From a bacterium (GTDB taxonomy: Bacteria; Bacteroidota; Ignavibacteria; Kapaibacteriales; UBA961): a stretch of DNA of 39,587 nucleotides. Shown here piece by piece: positions 26,023 to 35,352 of the stretch. A program made the translations under genes and the position numbers. The first letter of the stretch is position 1. Each line of letters starts with the position of its first letter. The stretch covers positions 1-39,587 of the forward strand of contig JBJTFZ010000167.1 of the NCBI GenBank assembly GCA_046093685.1, in the 5' to 3' direction. The notes below the pieces were generated by a model. It worked only from the letters and a program-made list of their open reading frames with translations. It was not told where the DNA came from and ran no database searches.

Positions 26023-26227
26023 TCCTGTTCGGATAAGTGTCAATAGGCACAAAGTACCGACATTCCATAAAGTTCGGTGATTCCGCAAGGAATTCTCATT
26101 TTTGTGCGATTCTTTGCAAAATTACGATGAATTCACACCCCCGCATTCATGAGTTTTCATTTCTTTTGAATATGCCACGAGGCTCGGGAATTATCCGAAA
26201 TAACCATGAACATTGAATGGAGTAATA

Positions 26228-26557
26228 ATGGCCGCTTTTTATGAAGTATCGATGCATGTTGATTCTTCCATTGCCGAAGAATGGGTTGAATGGATGCGGA
26301 CGGAGCATATCCCGGATGTCATGAAAACGGGGGTGTTCCTGTCATGTCAATTCCTGCGAGTGATTGAGCCCGCCATTGAGGGAAATGATTCATTCAGAAT
26401 AACCTATGAAGCCAAGAACCTTTCTGCAATTCAGGAGTATCGCATTTCATTATCCCCTGAACTTCGCAAAAAACATGATGAACGCTATGGCGAAATGTCT
26501 AGTGGTAGTAGAAGAGAAATGATAACTGAGTTTACATATAGAATTCCGGAGGCATGA
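26228..26557 (+). CDS. Small conserved protein, DUF4286-like (tentative)
   Basis: About 109 aa from ATG 26228, with GGAG 6 nt upstream. The pattern YEVSMHVD.SIAEEWVEWMR.EHIPDVM.TG.F matches my memory of DUF4286-type proteins but is not verified. Its stop overlaps the next start as ATGA (26554-26557). Confidence 0.55.
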   Translation: MAAFYEVSMHVDSSIAEEWVEWMRTEHIPDVMKTGVFLSCQFLRVIEPAIEGNDSFRITYEAKNLSAIQEYRISLSPELRKKHDERYGEMSSGSRREMITEFTYRIPEA

Positions 26558-27225
26558 TGGACGGAGTTCATTGTTATGTTCTTCCCGATGCACAGCATTT
26601 GCGCATACTTGCGATTGAAGCAGGACCTGTTGCAACCAATGGGTATATGCTCATGGATATGAACATGCATTCTGCCATTATCATTGATGCTCCTTATCAA
26701 AGCGTGAATGCATTTTGTTCATTTGCGGAAGAGAACGGTCTTCACATCACGGGTTTATGGCTTACTCATTCCCATTGGGATCATACCGCCGATGCCGAAA
26801 TCTGTGCCGAAAAGGGTTGGGATATTCTCATCCATCCGGATGATGAATATAGATTATTGGATCAATCTGCTCATACGGTGTGGCCTTTGCCATTCACATT
26901 GGGGAACATCATTCCAACAGGAAGAATCAATCATGGTGATATTCTCACATGCGGTGATTGGAATTGCATGGTTCTTCATACTCCGGGCCATACGGAGGGT
27001 GGAGTGTGTTTCGTGGATAGCATGCATTCATGTGCATTTGTTGGAGATACATTGTTTTCAGGGAGCATCGGAAGAACGGATTTGCCGGGCGGAAATACAG
27101 ATACATTATTGGCTTCGATTGCAGAACAACTCATGAAACTATCTGATGACATCACAGTATTTCCGGGGCACGGACCCTTGACGACGATCGGTGAAGAAAG
27201 ACAAAACAATCCCTTTTTACAATGA
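26554..27225 (+). CDS. MBL-fold metallo-hydrolase (glyoxalase II-like)
   Basis: Contains the THSHWDH metal-binding motif, HTPGHTEGG, and a downstream D and H (GDTLF..SIGRTD, FPGHG). Confidence 0.85.
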   Translation: MMDGVHCYVLPDAQHLRILAIEAGPVATNGYMLMDMNMHSAIIIDAPYQSVNAFCSFAEENGLHITGLWLTHSHWDHTADAEICAEKGWDILIHPDDEYRLLDQSAHTVWPLPFTLGNIIPTGRINHGDILTCGDWNCMVLHTPGHTEGGVCFVDSMHSCAFVGDTLFSGSIGRTDLPGGNTDTLLASIAEQLMKLSDDITVFPGHGPLTTIGEERQNNPFLQ

Positions 27226-27244
27226 AATCGGAACAGCAAAAACA

Positions 27245-27763
27245 ATGATGAACAACTATTCATATTTCAGTAATAGACTACTCACCTTCCTTTCCATAAT
27301 TTGCATCTCATTGTTGTCGGGATGCTATTCTTTCACGGGCGGATCCATACCGGATCATCTCAAGACAATCAGTCTTTCGCCGGTTCAAGATAATAGCGGT
27401 TTTGGAAATCCTCGATTCAGAGATGTGCTCACGAGGAGATTGCTGGACAAATTCCGTAATGACAATACCCTCGTGCTTGTGGATGCCAATGGCGATGCGC
27501 AATTGCAATCAACAATCGTCAGAATTGAAGATGTGGTTGTGTCTGTAAGCCCCGGCGAAGTTGAAAGAGAGAGAAGAATCACTGTATCGGTCGAAACAGA
27601 ATACACAGATATTGTCAAGAAAAAACAAGTCTGGAAAAGAACATTCTCAAACTTTCAGGTGTATCTCATAAGCCAGGGGCAGCAAGCAAGAGAGGATGCG
27701 GTAATCGCAGCTCTTCAGCAAATAGGCGAAGATATTCTTCTTGCCGTGGTATCGGGATGGTAA
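27245..27763 (+). CDS. LptE-like outer-membrane lipoprotein (tentative)
   Basis: Lipobox LLSGC followed by YSFTGGSIP..LKTISL, the pattern I associate with Bacteroidetes-type LptE family proteins. About 170 aa. Start at ATG 27245 rather than 27191, which overlaps the upstream gene. Confidence 0.55.
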   Translation: MMNNYSYFSNRLLTFLSIICISLLSGCYSFTGGSIPDHLKTISLSPVQDNSGFGNPRFRDVLTRRLLDKFRNDNTLVLVDANGDAQLQSTIVRIEDVVVSVSPGEVERERRITVSVETEYTDIVKKKQVWKRTFSNFQVYLISQGQQAREDAVIAALQQIGEDILLAVVSGW

Positions 27764-27814
27764 TCCCGCATTTCCGCGGTAACCATTCACTCACAATTTA
27801 ACCTAACAGATACC

Positions 27815-29266
27815 ATGGAAGTTGCAATACTCATTGTGTACTTTATTTCCCTCAGCATACTTTTTGCATTCGGTCTTCATGGGTTGGTGATGATTTATTA
27901 TTATCATAAAACCCGTGCCTATGCGACTCCCAATCTTGAACTTCCAACTGAATTACCAATGGTCACCGTGCAATTGCCGGTGTTCAATGAAGTATATGTC
28001 ATTGAGCGCCTCGTCAATGCCGTGTGTGAAATGGAATATCCAAAAGACAAACTTGAAATTCAATTACTTGATGATTCCACCGACGAAACCGTTGAGGTTT
28101 CGCGTCGCTTGGTTGCCGAATGGGCAGCTCGTGGTTTCGACATCAAACATATTCATCGCATTGATCGCACAGGCTTCAAAGCAGGTGCATTGAAAAGCGG
28201 ACTTGAAAAAGCAAAGGGTGAATTCGTCGCGATATTCGATGCGGATTTTGTTCCCAAGAAAGATTTCTTGATGAAAACCATCCCTCATTTTCGTAATGAT
28301 GGTGTTGGCATGGTGCAAACTCGCTGGGAGCATCTGAATGAGGATTATTCCTACTTGACCCGCGCTCAAGCATTGGCTCTCGATGGACATTTCGTCATTG
28401 AACAACAAGTGCGCAATAAAGCTGGATTCTTCATCAATTTTAACGGAACGGCCGGAATTTGGAGGAAGTCTTGCATCGAAGATGCAGGAAATTGGCATGC
28501 AGACACATTGGCCGAAGATTTGGATCTCAGTTATCGCGCTCAGCTTCGTGGCTGGAAATTTGTTTTTCTCAATGATGTGACTTCACCAGCTGAATTGCCC
28601 GCAGATATCAATGGTCTGAAAACTCAACAATTCCGTTGGACAAAAGGAGCCGTTGAAACAGCCAAAAAATTATTGCCGATGGTATGGAGTTCTTCACTTC
28701 CCCTCAAAGTGAAATTGGAGTGCACCGTACATCTAACGAGCAATATCGTTTTCCCATTCATTCTTCTCACAGCATTTTTGAATGTGCCTTTGGTGGTAAT
28801 CAAAAACACAGTGGAAGGATATGATTCAATCTTCACCATGATGGGAATTTTCGTATTGGCATCTGTCAGCACATTCATGTTTTACATGTATGCCCAAAGA
28901 GCGATTCATCTGGATTGGAGAAGAAGACTCATGTTATTCCCCGTATTCATGGCCGGAAGCATGGGTTTTGCCGTGAATAATACAAAAGCGGTGTTTGAGG
29001 CATTGACAGGAAAGAAATCAGCATTCCTTCGTACCCCAAAATATAAGATTGTCGGCGCAGAAGGTGATTGGAAGAAAAAGAAATATGTCCAGAAGAAAAT
29101 CGGTGGTGCCGTATTCATGGAATTGTTCTTCACGATGTATTTCATTGTGGGTATCTCCATTTCCTTGTTCTATTTGGAAATTGCCGCCATTCCATTCCAA
29201 TTGCTCTTTTTGGCAGGATTTGGAACTGTTGGTGCATTATCCCTGCGTCATGCTTTGGAGAGCTAA
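27815..29266 (+). CDS. Family 2 glycosyltransferase, processive cellulose-synthase-like (CslA/BcsA-type core)
   Basis: N-terminal TM segment. The catalytic D, D, D, QxxRW set is present: LPVFNE, LDDSTDET, AIFDADF, LAEDLDLSYRA, QQFRWTKG. A cluster of 4-5 C-terminal TM helices follows. Confidence 0.85.
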   Translation: MEVAILIVYFISLSILFAFGLHGLVMIYYYHKTRAYATPNLELPTELPMVTVQLPVFNEVYVIERLVNAVCEMEYPKDKLEIQLLDDSTDETVEVSRRLVAEWAARGFDIKHIHRIDRTGFKAGALKSGLEKAKGEFVAIFDADFVPKKDFLMKTIPHFRNDGVGMVQTRWEHLNEDYSYLTRAQALALDGHFVIEQQVRNKAGFFINFNGTAGIWRKSCIEDAGNWHADTLAEDLDLSYRAQLRGWKFVFLNDVTSPAELPADINGLKTQQFRWTKGAVETAKKLLPMVWSSSLPLKVKLECTVHLTSNIVFPFILLTAFLNVPLVVIKNTVEGYDSIFTMMGIFVLASVSTFMFYMYAQRAIHLDWRRRLMLFPVFMAGSMGFAVNNTKAVFEALTGKKSAFLRTPKYKIVGAEGDWKKKKYVQKKIGGAVFMELFFTMYFIVGISISLFYLEIAAIPFQLLFLAGFGTVGALSLRHALES

Positions 29267-29305
29267 GATTCCTTTCAGCAATGACTCTGAAATTCAGTAA
29301 TTTTG

Positions 29306-29337
29306 AAGGTGTTCGAATGAAAGCGAACACCTTTTTT
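29306..29337 (+). terminator. Rho-independent terminator after the GT2 gene
   Basis: A 10-bp stem, aaggtgttcg (29306-29315) and cgaacacctt (29324-29333), with an 8-nt loop, followed by tttt. It lies 40 nt after the stop at 29266. Confidence 0.8.
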
Positions 29338-29351
29338 ATTAAGGATATATC

Positions 29352-30332
29352 ATGAAACTCGTCACTTTTCAACCAGCTCCGAATATTGAACGATTAGGCA
29401 TACTTTGCAATCATTTGGTATTTGATCTTGCCACTCTGCGTTCAAATGCGCAGCCGGAAACAGCTTTTACTTTGCCTTATCTTCCTTCAGACATGCTCTC
29501 ATTCCTTCGATTGGGAGAATCTGCGATGCATGATGCAAAAGTGCTCGAAGGCATGAGTGGTGAAATGAAACACCTTGGGATTCCTGAACAACAAGTTCAC
29601 CTTCTATCACCTGTTCCTCATCCCACTTCAATGAGGGATGGATATGCATTCAGACAACATGTTGAGGCGGCTCGAAGAAATCGTGGCCTTGAGATGATCC
29701 CCGAATTTGATGAGATTCCGATATTTTATTTCACGAATCATCAAGCAGTATTTGGTCCGGGACCAATCACCGTTCGTCCGATGCACTTGGAGCAATTGGA
29801 TTTTGAATTGGAAGTTGCAATCGTCATTGGAAAGCAGGGCATTGACATTCCTGCATCAAAAGCCGATGAATATATTGCAGGTTTCATGGTGATGAATGAT
29901 TGGAGCGCGCGAGCCATGCAAATGCATGAAATGAAACTCAATCTTGGTCCGGCAAAAGGGAAAGACTTTGCGACAACGCTTGGACCTTGGCTTGTGACAA
30001 AAGAAGAACTCGCATCAAAAAAGATTGATACACCAAATGGTGCCACTTATGATTTGGAAATGACATGCACATTGAATGGAGAAAGAGTTTCTCTTGGAAA
30101 TGTTAAAGACATGTCATGGACATTTGCTCAAATCATCGAGCGAGCAAGTTATGGAGTGACATTGCACCCGAGCGATGTGATTGGTTCCGGTACTTGCGGA
30201 ACCGGTTGTTTTCTCGAATTGAATGGAAGCAAAGTATATGATCCACCATTATGGGTAAAAGAGGGAGACACCGTAGTATGCACCATTGATCAACTCGGCG
30301 CTTTGTCAAACACGATTGAGGTACAACGCTGA
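29352..30332 (+). CDS. Fumarylacetoacetate hydrolase (FAH) family protein
   Basis: 326 aa with FAH-fold blocks ([35 protein letters not shown]). Substrate unknown. Confidence 0.8.
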   Translation: MKLVTFQPAPNIERLGILCNHLVFDLATLRSNAQPETAFTLPYLPSDMLSFLRLGESAMHDAKVLEGMSGEMKHLGIPEQQVHLLSPVPHPTSMRDGYAFRQHVEAARRNRGLEMIPEFDEIPIFYFTNHQAVFGPGPITVRPMHLEQLDFELEVAIVIGKQGIDIPASKADEYIAGFMVMNDWSARAMQMHEMKLNLGPAKGKDFATTLGPWLVTKEELASKKIDTPNGATYDLEMTCTLNGERVSLGNVKDMSWTFAQIIERASYGVTLHPSDVIGSGTCGTGCFLELNGSKVYDPPLWVKEGDTVVCTIDQLGALSNTIEVQR

Positions 30333-31276
30333 TGCCACGAATACTTATCACCGGTGGTGCTGGATTTTTGGGATCGCATCTTTGCGACAAATTCATAGGG
30401 AAAGGATATGATGTCATCTGCATGGATAATCTCATCACCGGATCAACCGACAATATCGCGCATTTGATTGGTAATGATCATTTTCGATTCATCCATCATG
30501 ATGTCACAGAATACATGTATGTCGATGGAGATTTGGATGCCATTCTTCATTTTGCTTCGCCTGCCTCTCCTGTTGACTATTTGCGATATCCCATTCAGAC
30601 TTTGAAAGTCGGCTCGCTCGGTACACATAAAGCACTTGGCTTGGCAAAAGCAAAAAATGCTCGATTTCTTCTTGCAAGCACAAGTGAAGTGTATGGCGAC
30701 CCACTCATTCATCCTCAAGAAGAAACCTATTGGGGAAATGTGAATCCGGTTGGAATTCGTGGTGTATATGATGAAGCAAAGCGTTTTGCTGAAGCCATGA
30801 CGATGGCATATCATCGTTATCACGGACTCGAGACGCGAATCATTCGCATTTTCAATACTTATGGTCCACGCATGCGAATTGAAGATGGTAGAGCAATTCC
30901 CGCATTCATGTCGCAAGCTTTGCGAGGAGAAGCATTGACTGTTTTCGGAGATGGTTCTCAAACTCGTTCGGTATGCTATGTGGATGATTTGGTGGAAGGA
31001 ATTTATCGACTGCTTCTTTCCGATGAATCGGATCCGGTGAACATTGGTAATCCCGATGAATTGTCCATGCTGGATCTTGCCAAAGAGATACTTGAAATTT
31101 CAGGTTCTTCATCAACCATTACATTCAGAGATCTTCCTCAAGATGATCCAAAAGTTCGTCAACCGGATATCACGAGAGCAAGAGCAATTCTCAAATGGGA
31201 GCCAATGGTTCAAAGAAGAGAAGGCCTGATCAAAACATTGGATTATTTCAAACAAGCACTTGGGAAAAAGGTATGA
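30332..31276 (+). CDS. UDP-glucuronate decarboxylase (UDP-xylose synthase)
   Basis: SDR with [16 protein letters not shown] and YDEAKR (YxxxK), and blocks typical of UXS ([35 protein letters not shown]). TGATG overlap with the upstream stop. Confidence 0.88.
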   Translation: MPRILITGGAGFLGSHLCDKFIGKGYDVICMDNLITGSTDNIAHLIGNDHFRFIHHDVTEYMYVDGDLDAILHFASPASPVDYLRYPIQTLKVGSLGTHKALGLAKAKNARFLLASTSEVYGDPLIHPQEETYWGNVNPVGIRGVYDEAKRFAEAMTMAYHRYHGLETRIIRIFNTYGPRMRIEDGRAIPAFMSQALRGEALTVFGDGSQTRSVCYVDDLVEGIYRLLLSDESDPVNIGNPDELSMLDLAKEILEISGSSSTITFRDLPQDDPKVRQPDITRARAILKWEPMVQRREGLIKTLDYFKQALGKKV

Positions 31277-31515
31277 CAACCGAATTGCACATGCGCATTC
31301 AGGAAGTGATTGACCAAGACATCAAACCGGCAATCGAAAGGGATGGTGGAACGATAGAACTTGTTTCCATAGATGAGCAAGGCATTGTTCGTGTACGGCT
31401 GAAAGGTGCATGCTCCAAGTGTAGTGCTTCTTCAATAACTCTCCATGGTGGAATCGAAAGAATACTTCGCAAGCGATTCCCTGAAGTAACTTCCGCACAA
31501 TTGGCTGATGAGTGA
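31273..31515 (+). CDS. NifU-like (Nfu C-terminal domain) Fe-S cluster protein
   Basis: 80 aa from ATG 31273, with an ATGA overlap with the UXS stop. Contains [14 protein letters not shown]......V.V.L.GAC..C..S..TL..GIE, i.e. the CxxC Nfu signature. Confidence 0.8.
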   Translation: MTTELHMRIQEVIDQDIKPAIERDGGTIELVSIDEQGIVRVRLKGACSKCSASSITLHGGIERILRKRFPEVTSAQLADE

Positions 31516-32209
31516 ATCTTTACCCTTCAGTATTCTTCATCAAGATGAACATTGCATCGCAATTGCGAAAAGGCCGGGTATTCATGTTCATCATTCAGCA
31601 TTGTCCCCAAATGAAATATCCTGCATGCCTCTATTGAGAGATATGATCGGATCATATGTCTATCCCATTCATCGTATTGACAGAGCAACAAGTGGCATTG
31701 TGCTCTTTGCTTTGCATACCGATGCACATTCTGCATTCAATGCCTGCATGAGAGAAGGCGGAATGAAAAAACACTATCATGCAGTCGTAAGAGGATGGAT
31801 GCAATCAGGAATTTGTGACTCACCAATATCCACTGAAGACAAAACACAAGAAGCCGAAACGCATTTTCATGCAAAATCCCATGTGGAATTGGAATATCCA
31901 TCAATGCAATTTGATACCACAAGAATTGCTCTGATGAAAGTGGAATTGAAGACAGGGAGAAGGCATCAAATAAGGAAGCATTGCGCGCATTTGAGACATC
32001 CGATTGCAGGCGATGTGCGCTATGGAGATGGTCGTTTCAATGCACTTTTCAGAACTCAATTTGGATTGCATCGATTATTGCTTTTCGCAACATCGCTGAG
32101 TTTCATTCATCCCATTACCGGAATACCGGTGGTGATTAACTATAATCCTGTTGAACATGATGAACGATTGAACATGTTCTTTGGAAGATATGGATTGATT
32201 TGCGGTTGA
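31508..32209 (+). CDS. RluA-family pseudouridine synthase (TruC-like)
   Basis: Catalytic HRIDRATSG motif. The protein is short (233 aa), has no S4 domain, and contains RHQIRKH. It overlaps the upstream gene by 8 nt. Confidence 0.8.
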   Translation: MSESLPFSILHQDEHCIAIAKRPGIHVHHSALSPNEISCMPLLRDMIGSYVYPIHRIDRATSGIVLFALHTDAHSAFNACMREGGMKKHYHAVVRGWMQSGICDSPISTEDKTQEAETHFHAKSHVELEYPSMQFDTTRIALMKVELKTGRRHQIRKHCAHLRHPIAGDVRYGDGRFNALFRTQFGLHRLLLFATSLSFIHPITGIPVVINYNPVEHDERLNMFFGRYGLICG

Positions 32210-33193
32210 TCACTTTTCAATAATCTTTCCTGTTTTGAAAAATGCTGACCATGCATTGATATTCTTTTTTGACAATTTCTTTTCTTTTACAGCTCTGAAG
32301 TTTCCGTAGATGGTTGACTTACCTTTGACCACATGCCACAATTGCGATTCAGGTTTTTTGTGATTGTTGGTCATTGGAGCTTCAAGCACCGCAATCATCC
32401 AAGGAAATTGATTCTTTACATCTTGAGCTATGATTCTCATCTTGACTTTCGGCGCTCTCGAGCGGAATTCCTCAGTGACTGATGTGATGAATTCTTTGAG
32501 CGTTGCATTTTGCTCATAACCACGAAGCGTCAGCATCGCACCATATTCCGACCAATTGTCAGGATTTTCATTGTTCTTGAGAAACTCAATCAATCGGAAT
32601 GATGTATCTTCCATTGATGATTGCATCTTCCAACCTTCGCTTTCCGGCCAGGCTAGAACATATCCCTCGGTTGAATCCCATCTGTTTCCGCAATGTTTAT
32701 GATACAAATCAGTTCCTTCCTTGTCTCCCATTTCCATGGCATGGAGAAAGTCGGTGCAGGCAGTAACTGTATACCCCAAATACGATAAAATCTGTCCGCG
32801 CATTGTTAGATTGGGAGGATAGTCCGGGCTGATTGCTATTGCTTTGTCCAAATGTGGCAAGGCTCCGGCATGATTGTTTTCGGATAGATATGTGATTGCA
32901 ATCGAATAATACAAATCCAGATTCAATGGATCTTTCTCAAGATATGCAAGAAAATCAGCTCTGGCCTCCTGTTGCTTCCCCAAATTCATGTAGCAAGTTC
33001 CACGGCCAATATGCAATTCTATGAGGTTTGAGTCCAATTGAAGAGCGCGCGTATAATCCTCAATCGCCCCGGATAAATCTTGCATGCCTTGCTTCACGGA
33101 AGCCGATGCTATGAATTCCTTGGCAGTTGTCTGCGCATTGACTCTGCAAATTGTACAAAGAGCAATACATGTCAGTATGATGATGTTCTGCAT
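32210..33193 (-). CDS. Secreted TPR-repeat protein with uncharacterised C-terminal domain
   Basis: Signal peptide MQNIIILTCIALCTICRVNA. About four TPR units are visible (AIEDYTRALQLDSN, ARADFLAYLEKDP, ALPHLDKAIAISPD), followed by about 170 aa of unrecognised sequence. Its stop abuts the convergent truC-like stop with zero gap. Confidence 0.65.
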   Translation of the reverse strand: MQNIIILTCIALCTICRVNAQTTAKEFIASASVKQGMQDLSGAIEDYTRALQLDSNLIELHIGRGTCYMNLGKQQEARADFLAYLEKDPLNLDLYYSIAITYLSENNHAGALPHLDKAIAISPDYPPNLTMRGQILSYLGYTVTACTDFLHAMEMGDKEGTDLYHKHCGNRWDSTEGYVLAWPESEGWKMQSSMEDTSFRLIEFLKNNENPDNWSEYGAMLTLRGYEQNATLKEFITSVTEEFRSRAPKVKMRIIAQDVKNQFPWMIAVLEAPMTNNHKKPESQLWHVVKGKSTIYGNFRAVKEKKLSKKNINAWSAFFKTGKIIEK

Positions 33194-33288
33194 GGGTTAA
33201 TCCAAGTATGGGTTGCTAAATTACGGATCAAACATGGAAATTCTATGGAGAACACGGTATATTTGCATGCACTTCTCATCGGCCTGCC

Positions 33289-34350
33289 GTGATTCTGTAT
33301 GATTCACATATACCTCTGACCGATTATGCGCATCTACTCCATGAAGAAATGATGCCATTTGATGGTCGTAACTTGTCGAAAAAACTTTTACTCGACTCGG
33401 GTGTTCGTGCATTGTTCATCCGTTCTGTAACTACAATCGATCAATCGCTTATTTCCGGAACCTCTCTCCGTTTCATAGGTACCACAACTGCCGGATATGA
33501 GCATGTTGATATTCGTGCATTGCGAAATAAAGGAATTATTCTCGCTCATGCTCCCGGATCGAATGCGATGCCCGTGGTGGAATATGTGCTCACCGCATTG
33601 AATGAATGGAATGGAGAAAGAGCCAAACTTTCCGGACTTTCGATTGGTATCATAGGTATGGGAAATATTGGGATGAGAGTGGCAATGATGTGTACATCTC
33701 TCGGGATGAATGTCTATGCATCCGATCCGCCTCTTGAGTCATATGGATTAAACAGAATTCACGGGGTACAATGGGTTTCATTGAAAAAAATGTTTTCAAT
33801 TTGTGATTGCATCACCGTACATGCCGCTTTGACAGATGGTGATTTGTTTCCGACAAAAGATATGATAACTCCCCAACTCCTATCTTGTATGAAAAATGAC
33901 TCTTTGTTGATTCATTGTGCAAGAGGAGGAATCGTTCCGGAAGAAGGACTGCTTGAGGCAATGAATGAACATCATGTCAAACTCGCAATCGATGTATGGA
34001 ACAATGAGCCATCTTGGAATCATGCGCTTGCAAATCATTCATGCACATTGATGGCCACTCCTCATATCGCAGGATACACTCATGCTGCAAGGGTAAGAGG
34101 AATCGATATGATAGTGAAAGAATATTGCAAACAGATGGAGTATGACTTTGAATCGCAATGTCACGATGAAGGAGGACTTTCTTTTCTTCATCCTGATGCA
34201 TTGCATTTGATCAAAGAACGAAGATTCACAAAAGAAAAAATGCTGTGGCTACGCGGAAAGGATGTTGATGGGGCAATATTTGATGAGGGGAGAAGGAAGT
34301 TCATGCATGATCAAGAGACATTGCATGATATCATGCGGGATGAATCATAA
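33289..34350 (+). CDS. pdxB: 4-phosphoerythronate dehydrogenase
   Basis: GTG start. D-2-hydroxyacid dehydrogenase fold with a PdxB-like N-terminus (ALFIRSVT.I...LI.GT.L.FIGT.TAG..H.D......GI....APG.NA..V.EYVL.AL), GIIGMGNIG, and a PdxB-type C-terminal extension. Confidence 0.8.
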   Translation: MILYDSHIPLTDYAHLLHEEMMPFDGRNLSKKLLLDSGVRALFIRSVTTIDQSLISGTSLRFIGTTTAGYEHVDIRALRNKGIILAHAPGSNAMPVVEYVLTALNEWNGERAKLSGLSIGIIGMGNIGMRVAMMCTSLGMNVYASDPPLESYGLNRIHGVQWVSLKKMFSICDCITVHAALTDGDLFPTKDMITPQLLSCMKNDSLLIHCARGGIVPEEGLLEAMNEHHVKLAIDVWNNEPSWNHALANHSCTLMATPHIAGYTHAARVRGIDMIVKEYCKQMEYDFESQCHDEGGLSFLHPDALHLIKERRFTKEKMLWLRGKDVDGAIFDEGRRKFMHDQETLHDIMRDES

Positions 34351-35340
34351 TTGAATACCGAGAAATTCGAGAGCAGAGCGTGAAAACACTTGTTCTTTCA
34401 CTTCATCCGAAATATTCATTGATTCAATGAATGCTCCATGTTCCAAGTCACCCAATGGGAAAGGATAGTCGGTTCCATAACAAATCCGATTAGGTCCAAT
34501 CGTATCAAGTAAAAACGAGAATGCATGTTCATCATGGGTGATGCCGTCAACCCAAAATGCACCTGCATATTTTCGTGGATCCTGTATGCCATTCACATCG
34601 CATAAATCAGGTCTTGCATGCCAACCATGCGAGATTCTTCCCATGGTAAATGGAAATGAACCTCCTGCATGTGCGAAGAGAACTCTCAATCGAGGAAATT
34701 TATCGAAGATTCCACCGAATATCATCGATGTGATTGCAAGTGTGGTTTCGGCGGGCATACCCACGAGCCATTCCTGAAAATAACGTTTCATTCTATCTGC
34801 ACCCGCCATTTCCCATGGATGTACCATGATGCAAACATCCAAGTCCTGAGCTGCTTCCCAAAAAGGATGCAAACTCGGATCATCGAGATTCATTCCATTG
34901 ATATTTGATCCAATCTGCAAACCCGGCATGCCGAGTTCTCGTTTTGCATATTCCATTTCTTTGATTGCACGTGGAATGTCTTGCATTGGAGCGGTTCCAA
35001 GACCGATGAATCTGGGGAATCTTGAACATATATCGGCGAGATGATCATTGAGAAAACGAGACCAATCAGCGCCATGTTCGGGTTTAGCCCAATAATTGAA
35101 GAGAACAGGAACGGTGCATAATGTCATATAATCAACGCTGTGCTTGTCCATGTCCTGCAGGATTACCTCAGGGTCCCAGCAATTCTCTTGAATTTCTCGA
35201 AAAAAATACCCGTCATCTCGCATCATTTTTGCAGAACCCTCGCGATAATGATCGAGTTCTATAAAACCACCGTAGCCATACTTGTCTTTGAGAGAAGGCC
35301 AGGTCTTTGGAAGAATATGTGCGTGAATATCGAGTTTCAT
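34345..35340 (-). CDS. Amidohydrolase-2 family decarboxylase/hydrolase (ACMSD-like)
   Basis: Starts MKLDIHAHILP (metal-binding HxH) and contains IMVHPW, FAHAGG and GTDYPFP, consistent with the ACMSD/amidohydrolase_2 family. ATG 35340 is preferred over 35352. Confidence 0.78.
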   Translation of the reverse strand: MKLDIHAHILPKTWPSLKDKYGYGGFIELDHYREGSAKMMRDDGYFFREIQENCWDPEVILQDMDKHSVDYMTLCTVPVLFNYWAKPEHGADWSRFLNDHLADICSRFPRFIGLGTAPMQDIPRAIKEMEYAKRELGMPGLQIGSNINGMNLDDPSLHPFWEAAQDLDVCIMVHPWEMAGADRMKRYFQEWLVGMPAETTLAITSMIFGGIFDKFPRLRVLFAHAGGSFPFTMGRISHGWHARPDLCDVNGIQDPRKYAGAFWVDGITHDEHAFSFLLDTIGPNRICYGTDYPFPLGDLEHGAFIESMNISDEVKEQVFSRSALEFLGIQL

Positions 35341-35352
35341 GATGATTTGCAA

